A stretch of DNA of 64,000 nucleotides from Paraspadella gotoi (taxonomy: Eukaryota; Animalia; Chaetognatha), in NCBI GenBank assembly GCA_051294375.1, contig JBJCIZ010000275.1, positions 1-64,000 on the forward strand. Reading direction: 5' to 3'. Below the pieces are notes generated by a model, which was not told where the DNA came from, ran no database searches, and saw only the letters and a program-made list of their open reading frames with translations. Both the position numbers and the translations under genes were made by a program. Positions 1-13,150 of the stretch are shown here, one piece after another; position 1 is the stretch's first letter, and each line of letters begins with the position of its first letter.

Positions 1-316
1 AATAAATGAACTTTTAAAAAAAAATGTTTCTAACTTTTTTTCCTAGATAGTACTATTGAGTATTTTTTTAAGTTTTTCGTTCCCTATTGAGCATCTCTTG
101 GAAAAAATACGGCCTTTTCTGGATCTTTTTGCTCGTCGTTATCATTAATATATCACGCGGGCGCAATGTCAGAGCCGTCGTTGCGCTTATTCCCCCCAAG
201 ACATCCAGCGCTTCATTGTTCAATTGTTTTTCTAAAATTGGTAAAATTTTTTCTAGGTGCATTTTTGTTTTCGACTCGGTTATAAAAGTTTCGAGTTTCT
301 GGCGAATCCTTCTATT
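1..316 (-). pseudogene. Maverick/Polinton rve integrase, C-terminal part (copy 1)
   Basis: NRRIRQKLETFITESKTKMHLEKILPILEKQLNNEALDVLGGISA continues in frame from GIAERK at 5124 once the insertion 317-5119 and one TSD copy (TATT) are removed. Confidence 0.75.
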
Positions 317-3300
317 TGTGGCGCGGACCCGAAGGCCAGCCACAGCGTGACGAAAGGGGAGTTTCACGTGACTAAGTGGAGACGTTAATGAGAGTTATCA
401 TTAAATGTGTTAGCGCAGGGAAAACGGGAACGTCATTGATTTGTTTGTTTTTGTTTAAAACATAGATGAATTTTATTACATCATTTTAAATGTACTGATT
501 TCATTAGATGATCAAAAAGAACAATTGAGATAAATGAGGAGCTGGATAACACGGAACGCTCGCAAGCCAGTCGGTGCGGTGACCCACCATCTGATTACGA
601 CCACCAAAATGAGGGGGGAGAGCCCATTGTCAATCAAGAGTGCGTCGAGTTGCGCCTTGATCGGGAGAAGCCTAGGCCGTTGTAGCCAAGCGAGGAAGTT
701 GGGAAAAAAATGGTATCTCGGGGTAGCCAAACAGTACGGCAAAGTCCTTGAAGTCTTTTTCTCACAGCCGCTAGCCTAAGATGTCAGGTAAGTGGCCAAA
801 CCCGAACGGGGATCTAGGAGAGAGTAGCTGGGCGGGGATTACCCGGGCAGATTTGTGAATGCTCGCAGCACTATAGAGAATAGACGTCGATAGTCCAGGG
901 AAGCTTTATCTGATTTCAACCCGCTCAGCTTCAAAGGCACAGTACATCTTATTTCGAAAAGAATGCGACTGTTAAAGAGGCTCGACGATCAGATACCAGT
1001 ATGAATCCAGAAGACCGGTGAAAAAGAACGGCCATGTAACTAACACGCCGTTGTGGGATTAATAGCTTTTTTCCCGCGAATGCCCATAGTATTCGGCGCC
1101 TTAAAGACGCTGGAGGGCAGTGATACGTAGTCGAAGCGAACTGATGGATCAGAGAGTAAGCTGGGGCGAGATATGTTCCCAGGCACACTTCTCTGTGTAT
1201 CGATCAGATGAATATCGCTCGTCCGCATCAGACGTCACCGACGAGCTAGGAGTCATACTCCGTAGACCTAGAACGTGTTTTCTCGAAGGCCCTCGAGTCG
1301 CGAAAACGGACGTTGGTAGTTAATATCTGCTGGCCGCACGACAATTGCAAACCTTTGGGGAACTTAGGGGGTCGGATAGTGTGCATGACGGACTGTGCCT
1401 GTCAGGAGCTGCCGTGAAAAGATTATTGTGTCTCTTCGGGCAGGAGTGCGTCCTGATGGACGTTCCTCGGCGTTTCGTGAGTCGACGTCACAAGGGTGTA
1501 TGGAAGAAACCGGGAGTCCGACCCGTACGCGAGAGAGTAGTCCCAAACGCTCCCAGAGAAACCTACAGCCTGCTCAACTGGTACGGCTGCCGCAGCAGAA
1601 TGGTTAAAGGAGCATAAACAGGCCCAACTTCGATAAAGGAGTTCAACGATTCTATGGGCATGATAAATTACTACAGAAAGATTTATCCTCGAGTTGCCCA
1701 TCGTTGTTTTCTCCCCTCTACCGAAGCCTTAAGTGGCAAACCGAAGGCCACTTAACATGGACAGAGGATTGTCACAGATGCGCTGGTCGAATTCAATCAA
1801 GGAGCAAGGATTAATATCCGCAGCATTGCTCCACCATCCACGACACGGAGAGGCCAGTTATGGTATATGACGGATGCTTCGGACCAAGCGGTGGGAGCCT
1901 GTTCTCGAGCAGCGAGGGCCAAAGGGCTGGGAGCCATTGCATTTCTTCTCATGCCAAAACTAGCGAGAATCAAAAAATTGTGGCCCGCCTTTTGATCCAG
2001 CTGTTTGGCTGCATTCAGAGCAGTAAGACGACTTCGCGCCACTAGCGGTGGAAGGTAAATCTTTTACGCTATACACTGATCATCAGTCTGTTAGTATCGG
2101 CCATAGAAAAAAAACTGAACCACAAACTGTTAGACAGATACTTACCAGCTAATCCGCCTATAGCAGAATTCACTACAGACTTCGATACCTTTAAAGGTAA
2201 GTGCGAACGTAGTAGCGGATGCGTTATCTCGCCCAAATCGACTCCACCGCCAAGCCAAAACGGCAACCTACCGACAAAATCGACTGCGTCAAAAAAATCT
2301 CTCTCGCCAGACCGACAAGTCAACGACAAATACTGCGTCATCTGCGCCAGTTACGCCACCAGCTCTCGTCAGAAGAGAAACAATCCCAGTCACGTCGATA
2401 GGCCAAAGACATCTACGACAAATCGCGACTGTCGACGACTCAATCGAGCGAAATAAACTCAACCGCAGGCCGATCGGCCAAAGAGACTAGCGTCCAAAAC
2501 CAATTCTACCGATTCATCTCGCAAAATTCTCCAAGCGGGAGAACTCACAACGTCAAAGACGAAATCAGAACCGACCAATGCAAAACGAATCGCCTCCTGA
2601 GGACGTTAAACGCGCGTCATCGCCTCTCTCACAAGCTTCGCGAATCGATTTCGAAGCAGATGAGCCCGAGAGGCAGGACGCTCGATCCCGATTTCCAAGC
2701 GGATCGCTGAAGACCGCTCTCAACGGGTTGAACTTTTAGAAAAATCAGAGTAGGCGACCAGAGAGGCTTCTTTGCGGATTATATCAAACGGTCCAGCGCA
2801 GACCCATATTTGTACCGGCATCTATGGACGACGAACATAGTTTTCTGATAACGAATCCACGGTTTAGCCATCGGCGGAGTAGAAGCACGCGTAAGGCCAG
2901 TGAGCATCTTAAATTTGTCTGGATCAAGTATCGAGACAGGAAGTGTCAAAATGGCTCGAAACTGTCTAGAACTGCCAACGAGCAAAAATTTACAAAACAT
3001 ACAATCCCTGAGATCGGCGATTTTAAAATCCTGCTCGCCGGTTTCGCATCTCAAATCATCGATCTTATTTAAGCATGCCCAAATCTAATGGCTATTCATC
3101 ATCTACTTAACATAGCTGACGATTCTCGAGATGGCCACTGCCATCCCGATACAACGAAATTTGGGACATTGAACTCATACAATAATCGACGCGTTGAGTT
3201 TCAAATGGACATACATTCGGTTACGCATCTATTATCACCAATAATAGAGGTAGGTACAATTTACCTGTCGAAACTATATGGCGTCAACTCACTAAACAAA

Positions 3301-5119
3301 TGGGGAATCAAAATACACAACAACAGACCTACCCACCACAGCTAATGGCCTAGTGGGAGAGTTTCATAGGCGTCTAAAGGAATCGTTACGGGCCTTAGCA
3401 AAAAACGAAAACGAAAAATGTTCTGAGAACTTCCTCTCTACGTTATTAGCAGATAAGAACCACCAGTCAAGGAAGATATAGAGCCTCGGCAGCGAGATCT
3501 CGTATTTGGCGAAGGAATCGGCGTGCCCAGGCGCCATGCTAGGCGACGCCGCAAATAGACGATGATGAACTAAATAGGCAACGAAGAAATCAGCTATCAA
3601 ACTAATCGACTTTTGGAGTACGCCCGCCTCCAATCTCAACGCCGACGTCTGACCCAATCGCCACCTGCCGATCACCTTACCAACAAACCTCGACCACCGC
3701 CAAGTAGATGTCTTCATAAGACGGGCAGGCGTTCAACCTACTCTCATAGCCCTACCGAGAGGTCCATAAATCGCGTTAAGTGAAGAGAAATGGACTAAAT
3801 CTCACTGTGATTATCCCGAGTAGCGGCCGGCGAAGACGGTTAACGTCGCCCGCGTCAAACCGGCGTGATCAGCGACGATCGACGAGCATTTCGACACTTC
3901 CGAAGCCACACCAGGAGGCACACCGGGTCCGTCGCCCGAGCCCCAGACAAGACAACCGGCATCCGACACGAGAATATACTCGCTCGAACCACTTTAACGC
4001 GCCCTTTCGACCATCCTCCTCCTCCCTCCTGCCTCCTTCCCCCTCCCGACGACCTTCCACATTACCGCCAATCAACCTCACCCCTCTACCGACCCACCTG
4101 CATCGCCCAACGCGTTTTCCTTACAAACTTCACATTCTCCCGAGCCTCCACGCGAGACGGACTCTGACCGCCAGAAAGAAAAAGAAGGAAACAACAACAA
4201 CAACAATCTCGAATACTGAAAAATCTGAACCAACGTGTTCGTTCTCTCAAAGGCCGACTCAAGGAACTTCTCAATTAAACCATTATAATCGGCCAACATA
4301 CGCGCGTTGTGTTGAAGGAGAAGCTCAAAAGAAATCAAAACGAAAATAACAACACAACGACAACTGATAACATACGTTACTCCTGTAGCATATTGTAAAT
4401 TTTCAATATTTTAGTTATTTTCGGATCATTTTCGATGTTTTTGATATTTTTCGAAATGTATCATTTGTATTTCTACAAATTTGAATTTTGGCAAAAGTCT
4501 AATCAATTTTAATTTAAACCCTTATTACGACCTTTTATTTTGGAAACAGCATTTTATCAATCCATAGGCTTCTTCAAGGCACAGAGGTTTGACGACAACA
4601 ATTTATTTTTGAAATATTTATTTAACATACACATATTTCCGACAGGGGGGAATGTGGCCGTTCAGATAGGATTTAATCAATTTAGGATTAAACCACTCGC
4701 GCCCAGAGGATCAAACCTTTTTTTTTCATCAAGTTATGTTTCACAAACTGAAGATGTCTTCATCAGTTAATTGCATTTGTTTTTTGACAGTTAACTTTTA
4801 AAAATGTTAAACTGAAAATATTCAGTCTTGTTCTGGTTATTTAAGGAGAATACAATTCAACAAAATTATTNNNNNNNNNNNNNNNNNNNNNNNNNTGTTC
4901 GCTTACGCTTTCCGGATCGCGTCCACATCTCTGCTGATGAGACATCTTCAGTTGTGAAACATAATTTGATGAAAAATAAAGGCTTCAAATTTTGTTTCAA
5001 GTCTTTACTTTGGATTTTGAATCAAGAGTTGATAGCCGCTTGGATGGCTGGGTCCCGGGTTCGATCCCGGGGCGGAGTGGTTTAATCCTAAATGATTAAA
5101 TCCAATCTGAACGGCCACA
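317..5119 (-). mobile_element. Gypsy LTR insertion in the Maverick integrase (LTR pieces at 317-534 and 4934-5119; interior rearranged or misassembled)
   Basis: Minus-strand termini TGTGGCC...GCGCCACA; 4-bp TSD TATT at 313-316 and 5120-5123. Confidence 0.75.
1600..4870 (+). mobile_element. pol: Gypsy LTR retrotransposon 3' half: RT end, RNase H, integrase, PPT and 3' LTR (heavily frameshifted)
   Basis: Fragments MINYYRK (~1660), MTDASDQAVGA (~1870), YTDH (~2070), NCQRAK, FHRRLKESLRALAKNENEK (~3360); PPT AGGGGGGAA 4644-4652 followed by LTR start TGTGGCCG at 4653. Confidence 0.85.
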
Positions 5120-5756
5120 TATTTTTCCTCTCCGCGATGCCACTTCCCGAACTTTTTCTCTCTTCGCGAAGTTGAATATTAGTTATTTTTATATTTTTGG
5201 ATTTCATATATTCCTTAAAAGCCAACGACGTGAACTCGACCCCACTGTCTGTCACCAGTTCCTCAATGGAGATCCCCTTCAAAACTGGCCTGGAAAAAAT
5301 CCTATCCCAACAAGATTTTTGAGATGGAAACTGTGTGGGTCCCGACAATTCTAAAAATACATATTTACTTAACTTGTCGATGACCAAAAGAATTAATCTT
5401 TGGCTTGTTCCGTAACTGCGATGTTTANNNNNNNNNNNNNNNNNNNNNNNNNNNNNNNNNNNNNNNNNNNNNNNNNNNNNNNNNNNNNNNNNNNNNNNNN
5501 NNNNNNNNNNNNNNNNNNNNNNNNNNNNNNNNNNNNNNNNNNNNNNNNNNNNNNNNNNNNNNNNNNNNNNNNNNNNNNNNNNNNNNNNNNNNNNNNNNNN
5601 NNNNNNNNNNNNNNNNNNNNACTGTTTTTATATCATACTGGTTAATCTCATATCCTATCCACTTTAAATACTTATGTATTTCTTTCACATTCTTGGATAA
5701 ATATAAGGGAGAATTAGGTTCTAGAATTGCTCTCGTGACTATTTCTTCTTCTTTCT
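5120..5756 (-). pseudogene. Maverick/Polinton rve integrase, N-terminus and catalytic core (copy 1; gap 5428-5620)
   Basis: ILEPNSPLYLSKNVKEIHKYLK...LLVIDKLSKYVFLE...VTDSGVEFTSLAFKEYMKSKNI...SGIAERK; DDE core, lies in the ATPase gene block with no RT upstream. Confidence 0.85.
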
Positions 5757-6399
5757 NNNNNNNNNNNNNNNNNNNNNNNNNNNNNNNNNNNNNNNNNNNN
5801 NNNNNNNNNNNNNNNNNNNNNNNNNNNNNNNNNNNNNNNNNNNNNNNNNNNNNNNNNNNNNNNNNNNNNNNNNNNNNNNNNNNNNNNNNNNNNNNNNNNN
5901 NNNNNNNNNNNNNNNNNNNNNNNNNNNNNNNNNNNNNNNNNNNNNNNNNNNNNNNNNNNNNNNNNNNNNNNNNNNNNNNNNNNNNNNNNNNNNNNNNNNN
6001 NNNNNNNNNNNNNNNNNNNNNNNNNNNNNNNNNNNNNNNNNNNNNNNNNNNNNNNNNNNNNNNNNNNNNNNNNNNNNNNNNNNNNNNNNNNNNNNNNNNN
6101 NNNNNNNNNNNNNNNNNNNNNNNNNNNNNNNNNNNNNNNNNNNNNNNNNNNNNNNNNNNNNNNNNNNNNNNNNNNNNNNNNNNNNNNNNNNNNNNNNNNN
6201 NNNNNNNNNNNNNNNNNNNNNNNNNNNNNNNNNNNNNNNNNNNNNNNNNNNNNNNNNNNNNNNNNNNNNNNNNNNNNNNNNNNNNNNNNNNNNNNNNNNN
6301 NNNNNNNNNNNNNNNNNNNNNNNNNNNNNNNNNNNNNNNNNNNNNNNNNTATTTTTATCATGAATAATCTGAGGTCCAGCCATTCGTGCAATTACGGCT

Positions 6400-6787
6400 A
6401 TCTAACATCCCTCTCGACCTGGCCGCTTTAATGACTCAATTTTGCAAAAAAAACAACTCGCGCTACAGGACCAGAATGACTAGACATGGGTTGAAAAAAT
6501 CTGGAGGACTAGTCTAAAGCTTTCTATTTGCGTCCGCCGTACACAGAAGCCAAGTCCTCGCCCTGGCGCCAAATTTTGTATAAAGAATTTTTATATTTTT
6601 TCATAACGTTCGAGTTTTGGCCGAAGCGATGTTGCCAACTTGATGTTATTGGTGTTCTTCAGAATTTTCCAGCAATGTTTTTTTAAGACCTCATCCGATA
6701 CAGATTCCTTGAAAATTTTGCGCGCGTGCGTGAACTTTTTGGCAGTTTCCAAATTTTACGAATTTTACAATATTTTCATTTTTTCAT
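6400..6787 (-). CDS. Small basic Maverick ORF downstream of the ATPase (copy 1, frameshifted)
   Basis: Homologous to 14821-15091; directly follows the ATPase stop. Confidence 0.5.
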
Positions 6788-6794
6788 TTATTCT

Positions 6795-7604
6795 CTAATC
6801 TAGTTCATCCCCTTTGTGATAGCGTCCGCAAGGCTGGTCAGCGTCCAGCAACAAAAATGTCACTATAGACCTGCTGGTTTTTTTTAGACTCGCCGAGAGA
6901 ACAAACGATGAGATATGAATACGGCTCCTTTCTGTGTATGACCCGATATAAACGTCGTACAGAGATTGGTTCCCCCTTTTAAATTTAATGAAAATTGGTT
7001 CATAAAATGTTTTAAATTAGAGGATTGTTCAAGGAGCGAAAAGAATACAAATGAGACTGCCTGTGTACGGCCGAAACCGAATTGAGTGGATGAGACTTGT
7101 ACAGAGGGCCGTAGTTTTGCAACGTTAAAAATACCGCGACGATCTTCAAATGATGCACATCAATACTAGCAAGGGTGTTTATAGTCCGCTGAAGTTGTTT
7201 TTCTTTTTGTATAGACTCTATCTTGTTGTCAATTAATATGATTGTCTTATCTGGGATGACCAGTGATGTAAAATCCTGTGGAAACTCAGTTAAAAATATT
7301 CCCTTTGGAAAAGTGCGTTTTAGTTCCCTGACGTTTTCGTCCTCTCTACTGTAAATGTATATTAGGTTAGTCACGCAGTTTTCAAATTGTTGGTCTTTCT
7401 CGAGTAGTAACTCTGAAATTAGAAAAAAAAGACGAAAGGGTTTTTAAAATTTGTTAATAAATATTTCTAGTTGTGCAACTCACTTTTTAGAAAGATAGAT
7501 TTACCACAGTGACTTGCGCCAAAAACGCAAACAAAAGAACCACATTTTATTTTTGGGTGTCTTGAGTAAGACTCCCGATCGTCGAATTCGATAGTGTCAG
7601 ACAT
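6795..7604 (-). CDS. FtsK/A32-like DNA packaging ATPase of Maverick/Polinton; 2 exons (7604-7484, 7412-~6795), 3' part has indels
   Basis: Walker A FGASHCGKS, Walker B TIILID, SIDVHHLKIVAVFLTLQN motif; exons join in frame (IFLK-K-LLLEKDQQF). Confidence 0.85.
7413..7483 (-). other. 71-nt phase-1 spliceosomal intron in the ATPase
   Basis: Donor GTGAGT at 7483, pyrimidine tract and acceptor TTTTTTTTCTAATTTCAG ending 7413; contains an in-frame stop; removal restores the frame. Confidence 0.85.
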
Positions 7605-7619
7605 TTCTTTTATTTTACC

Positions 7620-8253
7620 TGTGAAAATTTTGCGTTTCCCGTAACTTTTTTGCAGTTTCTTCAAATTTTTAGAATTTTACAATATTTCATTTTTTCATTT
7701 ATTCTCAATCTAAGTTCATCCCCTTCGGTGATAGCTCCGCAAGGCTGGTCAGCGTCACAGCAACAAAATGTCACTATAGACTTTTGGTTTTTTAGACTCG
7801 CCGAGAGACAAACGAGGAGATATGAATACGGCTCCTTTTGTGTATGACCCGAATAAACGTCGTACAGAGATTGTCCCCTTTCAAATTTAATGAAAATTGG
7901 TTCATAAAATGTTTTAAATTAGAGAGATTGTTCAAGGAGCGAAAGAATATCAAATGAGACGCCTGTGTCCACGGTCTTACGCGGCACTGGTGGGTTTGTC
8001 TTGGAGTTGTCTTTGTTATCGTCGTCGCCACCGACGTCTGTTTCCAAGGCACGCTTTAACACTTTATCGGTTTGTACCGAATCCTCGGTTTCCTGGCCAA
8101 CTTCTTCCGTGTCCTGCACTGCAGCTTCGCCCGACTGTGGTTCTGTGGCTTGTCCAACGGGCAACTCCGACGACGACGAAGTCTCAGCGTCATCTTTTTC
8201 TCTTTTGATGAGTGCCAGCTGATCTCTTATGTTCCGACAATCAGAGTCGCGAA
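7620..8253 (-). repeat. Shuffled duplicate Maverick fragments (ATPase 3' end and acidic ORF tail)
   Basis: 7620-7970 repeats ~6710-7065; 7975-8253 matches ~13950-14340; ends at a 25-N gap. Confidence 0.65.
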
Positions 8254-9338
8254 NNNNNNNNNNNNNNNNNNNNNNNNNCACAAACCGAGCGAGAGACTGA
8301 AAAAGCTTAGAAACATTTTTATTGACGGATATCTACTCGACAACTCTCCGCGCTGCGCCAGCTTCTTTTCTCTTCACACAGACTAGGCCATACGCGCGCA
8401 CACACAACCTAAATTCTTCAGGTTCTCGCTCTCTCGGATTCCTTCTTCTTCGTCTCTGCCATGACTCGACGCTTCCCAGCCGCCGTGCGCGACTCAGAAC
8501 GCTTACGCCAACCGCCGCAACAATACCGTATAGCTCACCAGTCCACGCTGCAAACCGCACTGCGCGCGCCAACAACCACTCCGCTCTTAGCTCTTCTTCC
8601 GCACCACTCTTCTGCCGTATTCGGACCCCCTTCACTTTCGTCTCTCTCTTCACCATTCGCAGTTACGTTCCTATCTTTCTCTTCATTGTTTTACATTTGG
8701 CGTCTCATGCCGACCACCCTCACGACCAGCTCCCTCTCTTGGGTTCATAAAGGTGCAATTGTACCGCTCTGAGAAAAGATCAAAAGTCGAGCGAACCGGG
8801 CTGCAGACATCACGATCGGCTGGCTCGAAAAGAATTGCGCTACAAAGGTGTGGAAAAAACATTTCAGTCCTTCGTTATCCTCAATTCGACATGCGAGGCA
8901 GTGGTCGATGCCCGTGATTGAGGGATTCTGTGGCAACAAATACTTGAGAATGTTTTACAGATGTTTCTGTATATTTGTTTTTGATAAATGAAACTTTTAA
9001 AAATGAAGGAGTGTTTCTCAGACTTTTTTTTTACAGCATAGTACCTATCTGACGTATTTTTTTTAAAGTTTTTCGTTCCCTTCCTGATGCATCTCTTGGA
9101 AAAAATACGGCCCTTTTCTGGATCTTTTTGGCTCGTCGTTATCATTAATATAGTCCGACGCGGCGCGCGAATTCAGAGCGCGTCGTTGCGGCCCAAGCAC
9201 ATCCAGGCCGCTTCAATTGTTCAATTGTTTTTTTGCTACAAATATGGTAAAGATTTTTTCTAGTGCAGATTCTTTCTTGTTTTATTCGCGACTTCGGTTA
9301 TAAAAGTTTCGAGTGTTCTGGCGAATCCTGTGCTATTT

Positions 9339-12300
9339 TGTGAGCGCGGACCCCGGAATCAGGCCAGGCCAACAGCGTGACGGAAAGGGTCCGGACCACT
9401 GGAGGTTTATACAACGTGACTGAAGTGGAGGACGTAAGAGTACCGGGAGTTATGCATCTAATTTCGTTAAGCGCAGGCGAAACGGGACGACCATACGATG
9501 TCACGACGCGTTCGAATTGTGGGAGCATTCGGGATGTTGGTTTGTTTTGATTTGAGTATTGTAAAGCACATAGATTCGAATTTTTTATTAAGCATCATTT
9601 TTAAAGTGTACTGCAGAATTTCATTAATTGATCAATAAACGAACAATTGAGCATAAAACTATTTGTTGAGAATTGGTATTCTCCTCTACACAATAACCAG
9701 AACGACTGAATATTTTCACGTTTAACGATTTTAAAAGGTTGAACTGTCAAAATGAGCAAGAATGCAATTAACTGATTGTGGAGTAAGTCCAGGAGTAGAG
9801 ATGTGGACCGCGATCGATTCGATTCGTCGCCGTCTGCCATCGCCGCGAGTGCCGCGTTCCAAGCACCTTCCCTGTCCTTGCCCTGTGTCCACGCCTGTGT
9901 TTTTCTGGGTGCCCAATCCGTTACTTTCCTCTTAGCTGCACCTCCGGCGCCGGCACTCCGCGCTTTTCAGGCATCGTTCGATAATGCACATTCACGCTCC
10001 TCTCCTGTTGAGGATTAACTGTTGATTAATGATTGTTAGTTGAAGCTGAAATGTCTTTATGAAAGTGTTACGCATAGGATGACGTCGATTCTGGAGTGTC
10101 AGATGACAGTGTCAAGTGCGATGAGTCAGCATTTGTATGGGTAGTAACTAATTTTAAAGCATGCGTTTGTTGGAGTGTTAACAGAAGTAAGCTTGGACAT
10201 GTAGTAGAAATTGATGTTTAGCTAAGAAAAATGATGTCAGAAGATTTGGTAAATTGTACAGAATCGTTATGTAGCACGAAATTTTGAGAGCTGAGAAATG
10301 GGAGATTTTAGAATAAGGTAAAAAAAAGACGAAACCGTAGCAGTAACCAGATCTAATTTAATTGAACTGTCAGTTAATTAATCAATGCAATTAGAACAAT
10401 GTCAGGTGTATTCATGCTGTCCATCTCCAACGGTCGTGTGTTACTTTTGATCCTGGTAACTAGATCTGTAGACCTGAACAAATAAGACCTAAATTAACGA
10501 GGCCTGATAGTGATTTGAATGTTTAATTTCGATCAAATCAATCATGTCACAATTAAGATTCAGAGGATGCCTATCCTTCAGTTCTAGTCAATCAATAGTT
10601 ATATAACATCAGGGTAGATACGCGCAGTGAGTTCTCTGGCTCTATGTCCGCGATAAGCTCGAAAAAGTAGCAGGAAAAATGAATTCACTCGCGCCATAGA
10701 CAAGCAGCTCTGGTGATGCGGATCAGGAGACGATTTAGACGACATGCTCCGAAGAACTGATTTCAGGATTAGAATGTTCAAGTTATTTCAAATTCAATTA
10801 ATCAATATATCACCAATCTCAAGAAAGCGATAAGCAAATCAATAATTTGTGTCAATCGTCGAATGATTCTGATCATTGTCGTTGGGTTCCGATCATGTAA
10901 TTAGTCTAATGAATTAAACGTCCTTTAATCTTTGCGCTCTTCTGTATCATTGCAAAACATGCTATCTTAATTATTTATAGTATTATTATCTGTTTACGTA
11001 TATTGTTTCTCTCTATCTCCCTCTCATCTCTCTCAATCTCTGCCTCTTACTTACCAAATTTCAACTTCTTTCACAACTCACTCAATCTGTCCTTAACTTT
11101 CAAACCTGTTCTCACCTATTCTGTGACCGACTATTCTTGTCTCAGCCACTATTGTTGGAACAAACTTTTAGCGCCTCTCTCTCTCTGTTCTCTCTCTCTC
11201 ACTCTCACACTACACTTTTCTTTTACACAGAGAGTCCTTATTTATTTGAGGATCGTGTACATAGTGCTGGAATAGATGAAGGTTCGAATTAAGACACAAG
11301 CCAAAACATGTCCAACTATTCAATGGGAGTAAAAATCGGAGTTATGTTACATAAATTACAAAGATTCTGTTGCTTATTTCTACATATAATTACAATTCAA
11401 AATATGTGTTGTTATGATAGATGTTTGGCGGTGACTCAAAACAAAATTCTATAGAGAAAGAATTTTGAGACGTGCTTTTTGTGAATCCAAAAAAACCTGT
11501 AAGGTATCCGAAAAGAACAGTAACAAAAGATAAAAATACATAAATAATAACTAGTACTTGTGTACATTGGAAGCTGCAATGGAAATAGGTCCAGCCGATA
11601 AAACAAGTTGGGTTAAAAAACAGGCTCATTATCTTCATTGACCCGGTACCTGTACTACGCGCTCGCACCAAAAGTACAAAGAACTTCGATCGTCGTTTCG
11701 TCATTTGTATTTCATCGTCTTTGTCGTCCTTTGTTGAAATGCATTTTGGAGCTTCGATCCAAAGTGGTGCGTCGGATGTTGGGGGCGTTTGTAATGTTAA
11801 TATAAACTGTAGATTAATTAAATAATTTTATTTTTTTTCTCAAAGTTAAGTATGTAATTCAATTAAGATGTACACGCTAAGATGCGATCGTGGGCAGGAT
11901 CGCGGATCGATTGTTTGTAGCTCAAGGACGATTGTTTAGACGTTGAATGCAGAGTTTATTGATTTATACTTGATTTGTATACGTATTTTTAGTTTGAATG
12001 TTGCTGTTTTTGTTCAGCGTGCAAGAGGGGAATAAAATGGAGAGAAGATAGAGAGAGAGAGTATTGTTAAGCACAGGGAGTGTTTAAGAGAACTCTAAAT
12101 TATAAAAGAAAAAGAATTATAAGAGCAATGACAGCGCTTATTAGAAGACGCGCATAAGACATTCGTTAGTTGTTTAGATGTTGCAGAAGTTAAAAAAGTT
12201 TATTTATAAATTTATGATATTTAACTTAAATTACAGGTTCTTTTTTCAGATCGAAAAAATCTTTGTTTTTCGCAGCTCAGAGTTTATTTGAACTATATTA

Positions 12301-13150
12301 AGGAAAAGAATAACTTAAAAAAATAAATATGTATTTTTTTCCCATAGATTCTGCGCCAAGAGGAAAGAAGAATAAAAGAAACAAAATAGATAAAAGAATG
12401 AGAATCAAAGAAAAAGTGAATAAAAAAATTAGGAACAAACAATTTTGAAGTGTTGGAACAATAAAATATTAAAAACAATTTTTAAAGAGAAAAATCAAGA
12501 GAAGCAGGGCAAAGGGGTTGGCAAAGATTCTTAATACATTAAAATACCTTTCATTTCTAACCAAGAAAACAAATGACGCAGGAAGCGAACACAGACAAGG
12601 GTATATAATAGCTTGCCGGGTTCAATCCTTATTCTTAACTTTCTTTCTATCGCTCCGGTTTCGGGTTTCTTCACAAAAATCGAGCCACTTCCACAGGTGT
12701 TCGCCTTACGCTTTCCGATCGCGTCCACATTCTCTGCTTGATGAAGGACAGTTCCTCAGATTGTGAAACATAATTTGATGAAAATTAAAAGGCTTCAAAT
12801 TTGATGTGGTATGCAAGTTCTTTACGTTATTGCGAAATTTGAAATCAAGAGTTTGATAGCCAGCGTTGAAGTGGCTGGGTCGCATCGACTCATTGCGAGT
12901 ATCTGTTCGATCCCGGGGGGAGTGGTTGGGTACATCCTAAAATTGATTAAATCCCAAATGCTGAGGCGGAGAGCCAGCAAAGAAGTAGGCTGATGCACAG
13001 ACGTGTTGAAGTGCCGTAGGGGAAGCGGCGACGCGGTGGATACTCGGACGGGACAGTGCGCTTGTGATCGGCCCTGACTAGGAATGGGCCGAGCCCTTGA
13101 CTGATCAGTGGAGTGCCGGGGGTGAAACTGCGTCCGGGGTGTGGATCCAC
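9339..13150 (-). mobile_element. Solo Gypsy LTR in the integrase (copy 2), split by a nested element
   Basis: 9339-9776 and 12737-~12970 reassemble into the LTR seen uninterrupted at 4653-4870 plus 317-534; same site as copy 1; noisy sequence. Confidence 0.65.
9796..12736. mobile_element. hAT-like DNA transposon nested in the solo LTR, no readable transposase
   Basis: Inverted termini TAGAGATGTGGAC(C)GCGATC / CAGAGATGTGGACGCGATC (clean end also at 4915-4933); candidate 8-bp TSD CTGATGAG, corrupted on the left. Confidence 0.55.

Noticed and set aside
535-1600. Cluster of short ORFs in high-complexity sequence (also 8279-8750, 17750-19200, 30400-33100)
   Set aside because: No motifs; looks like low-quality long-read sequence, and homologous copies lack it where comparable
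5400-6391. Long ORFs across N runs (also 15002-15853 and 38190-39235)
   Set aside because: Open only because gaps contain no stop codons
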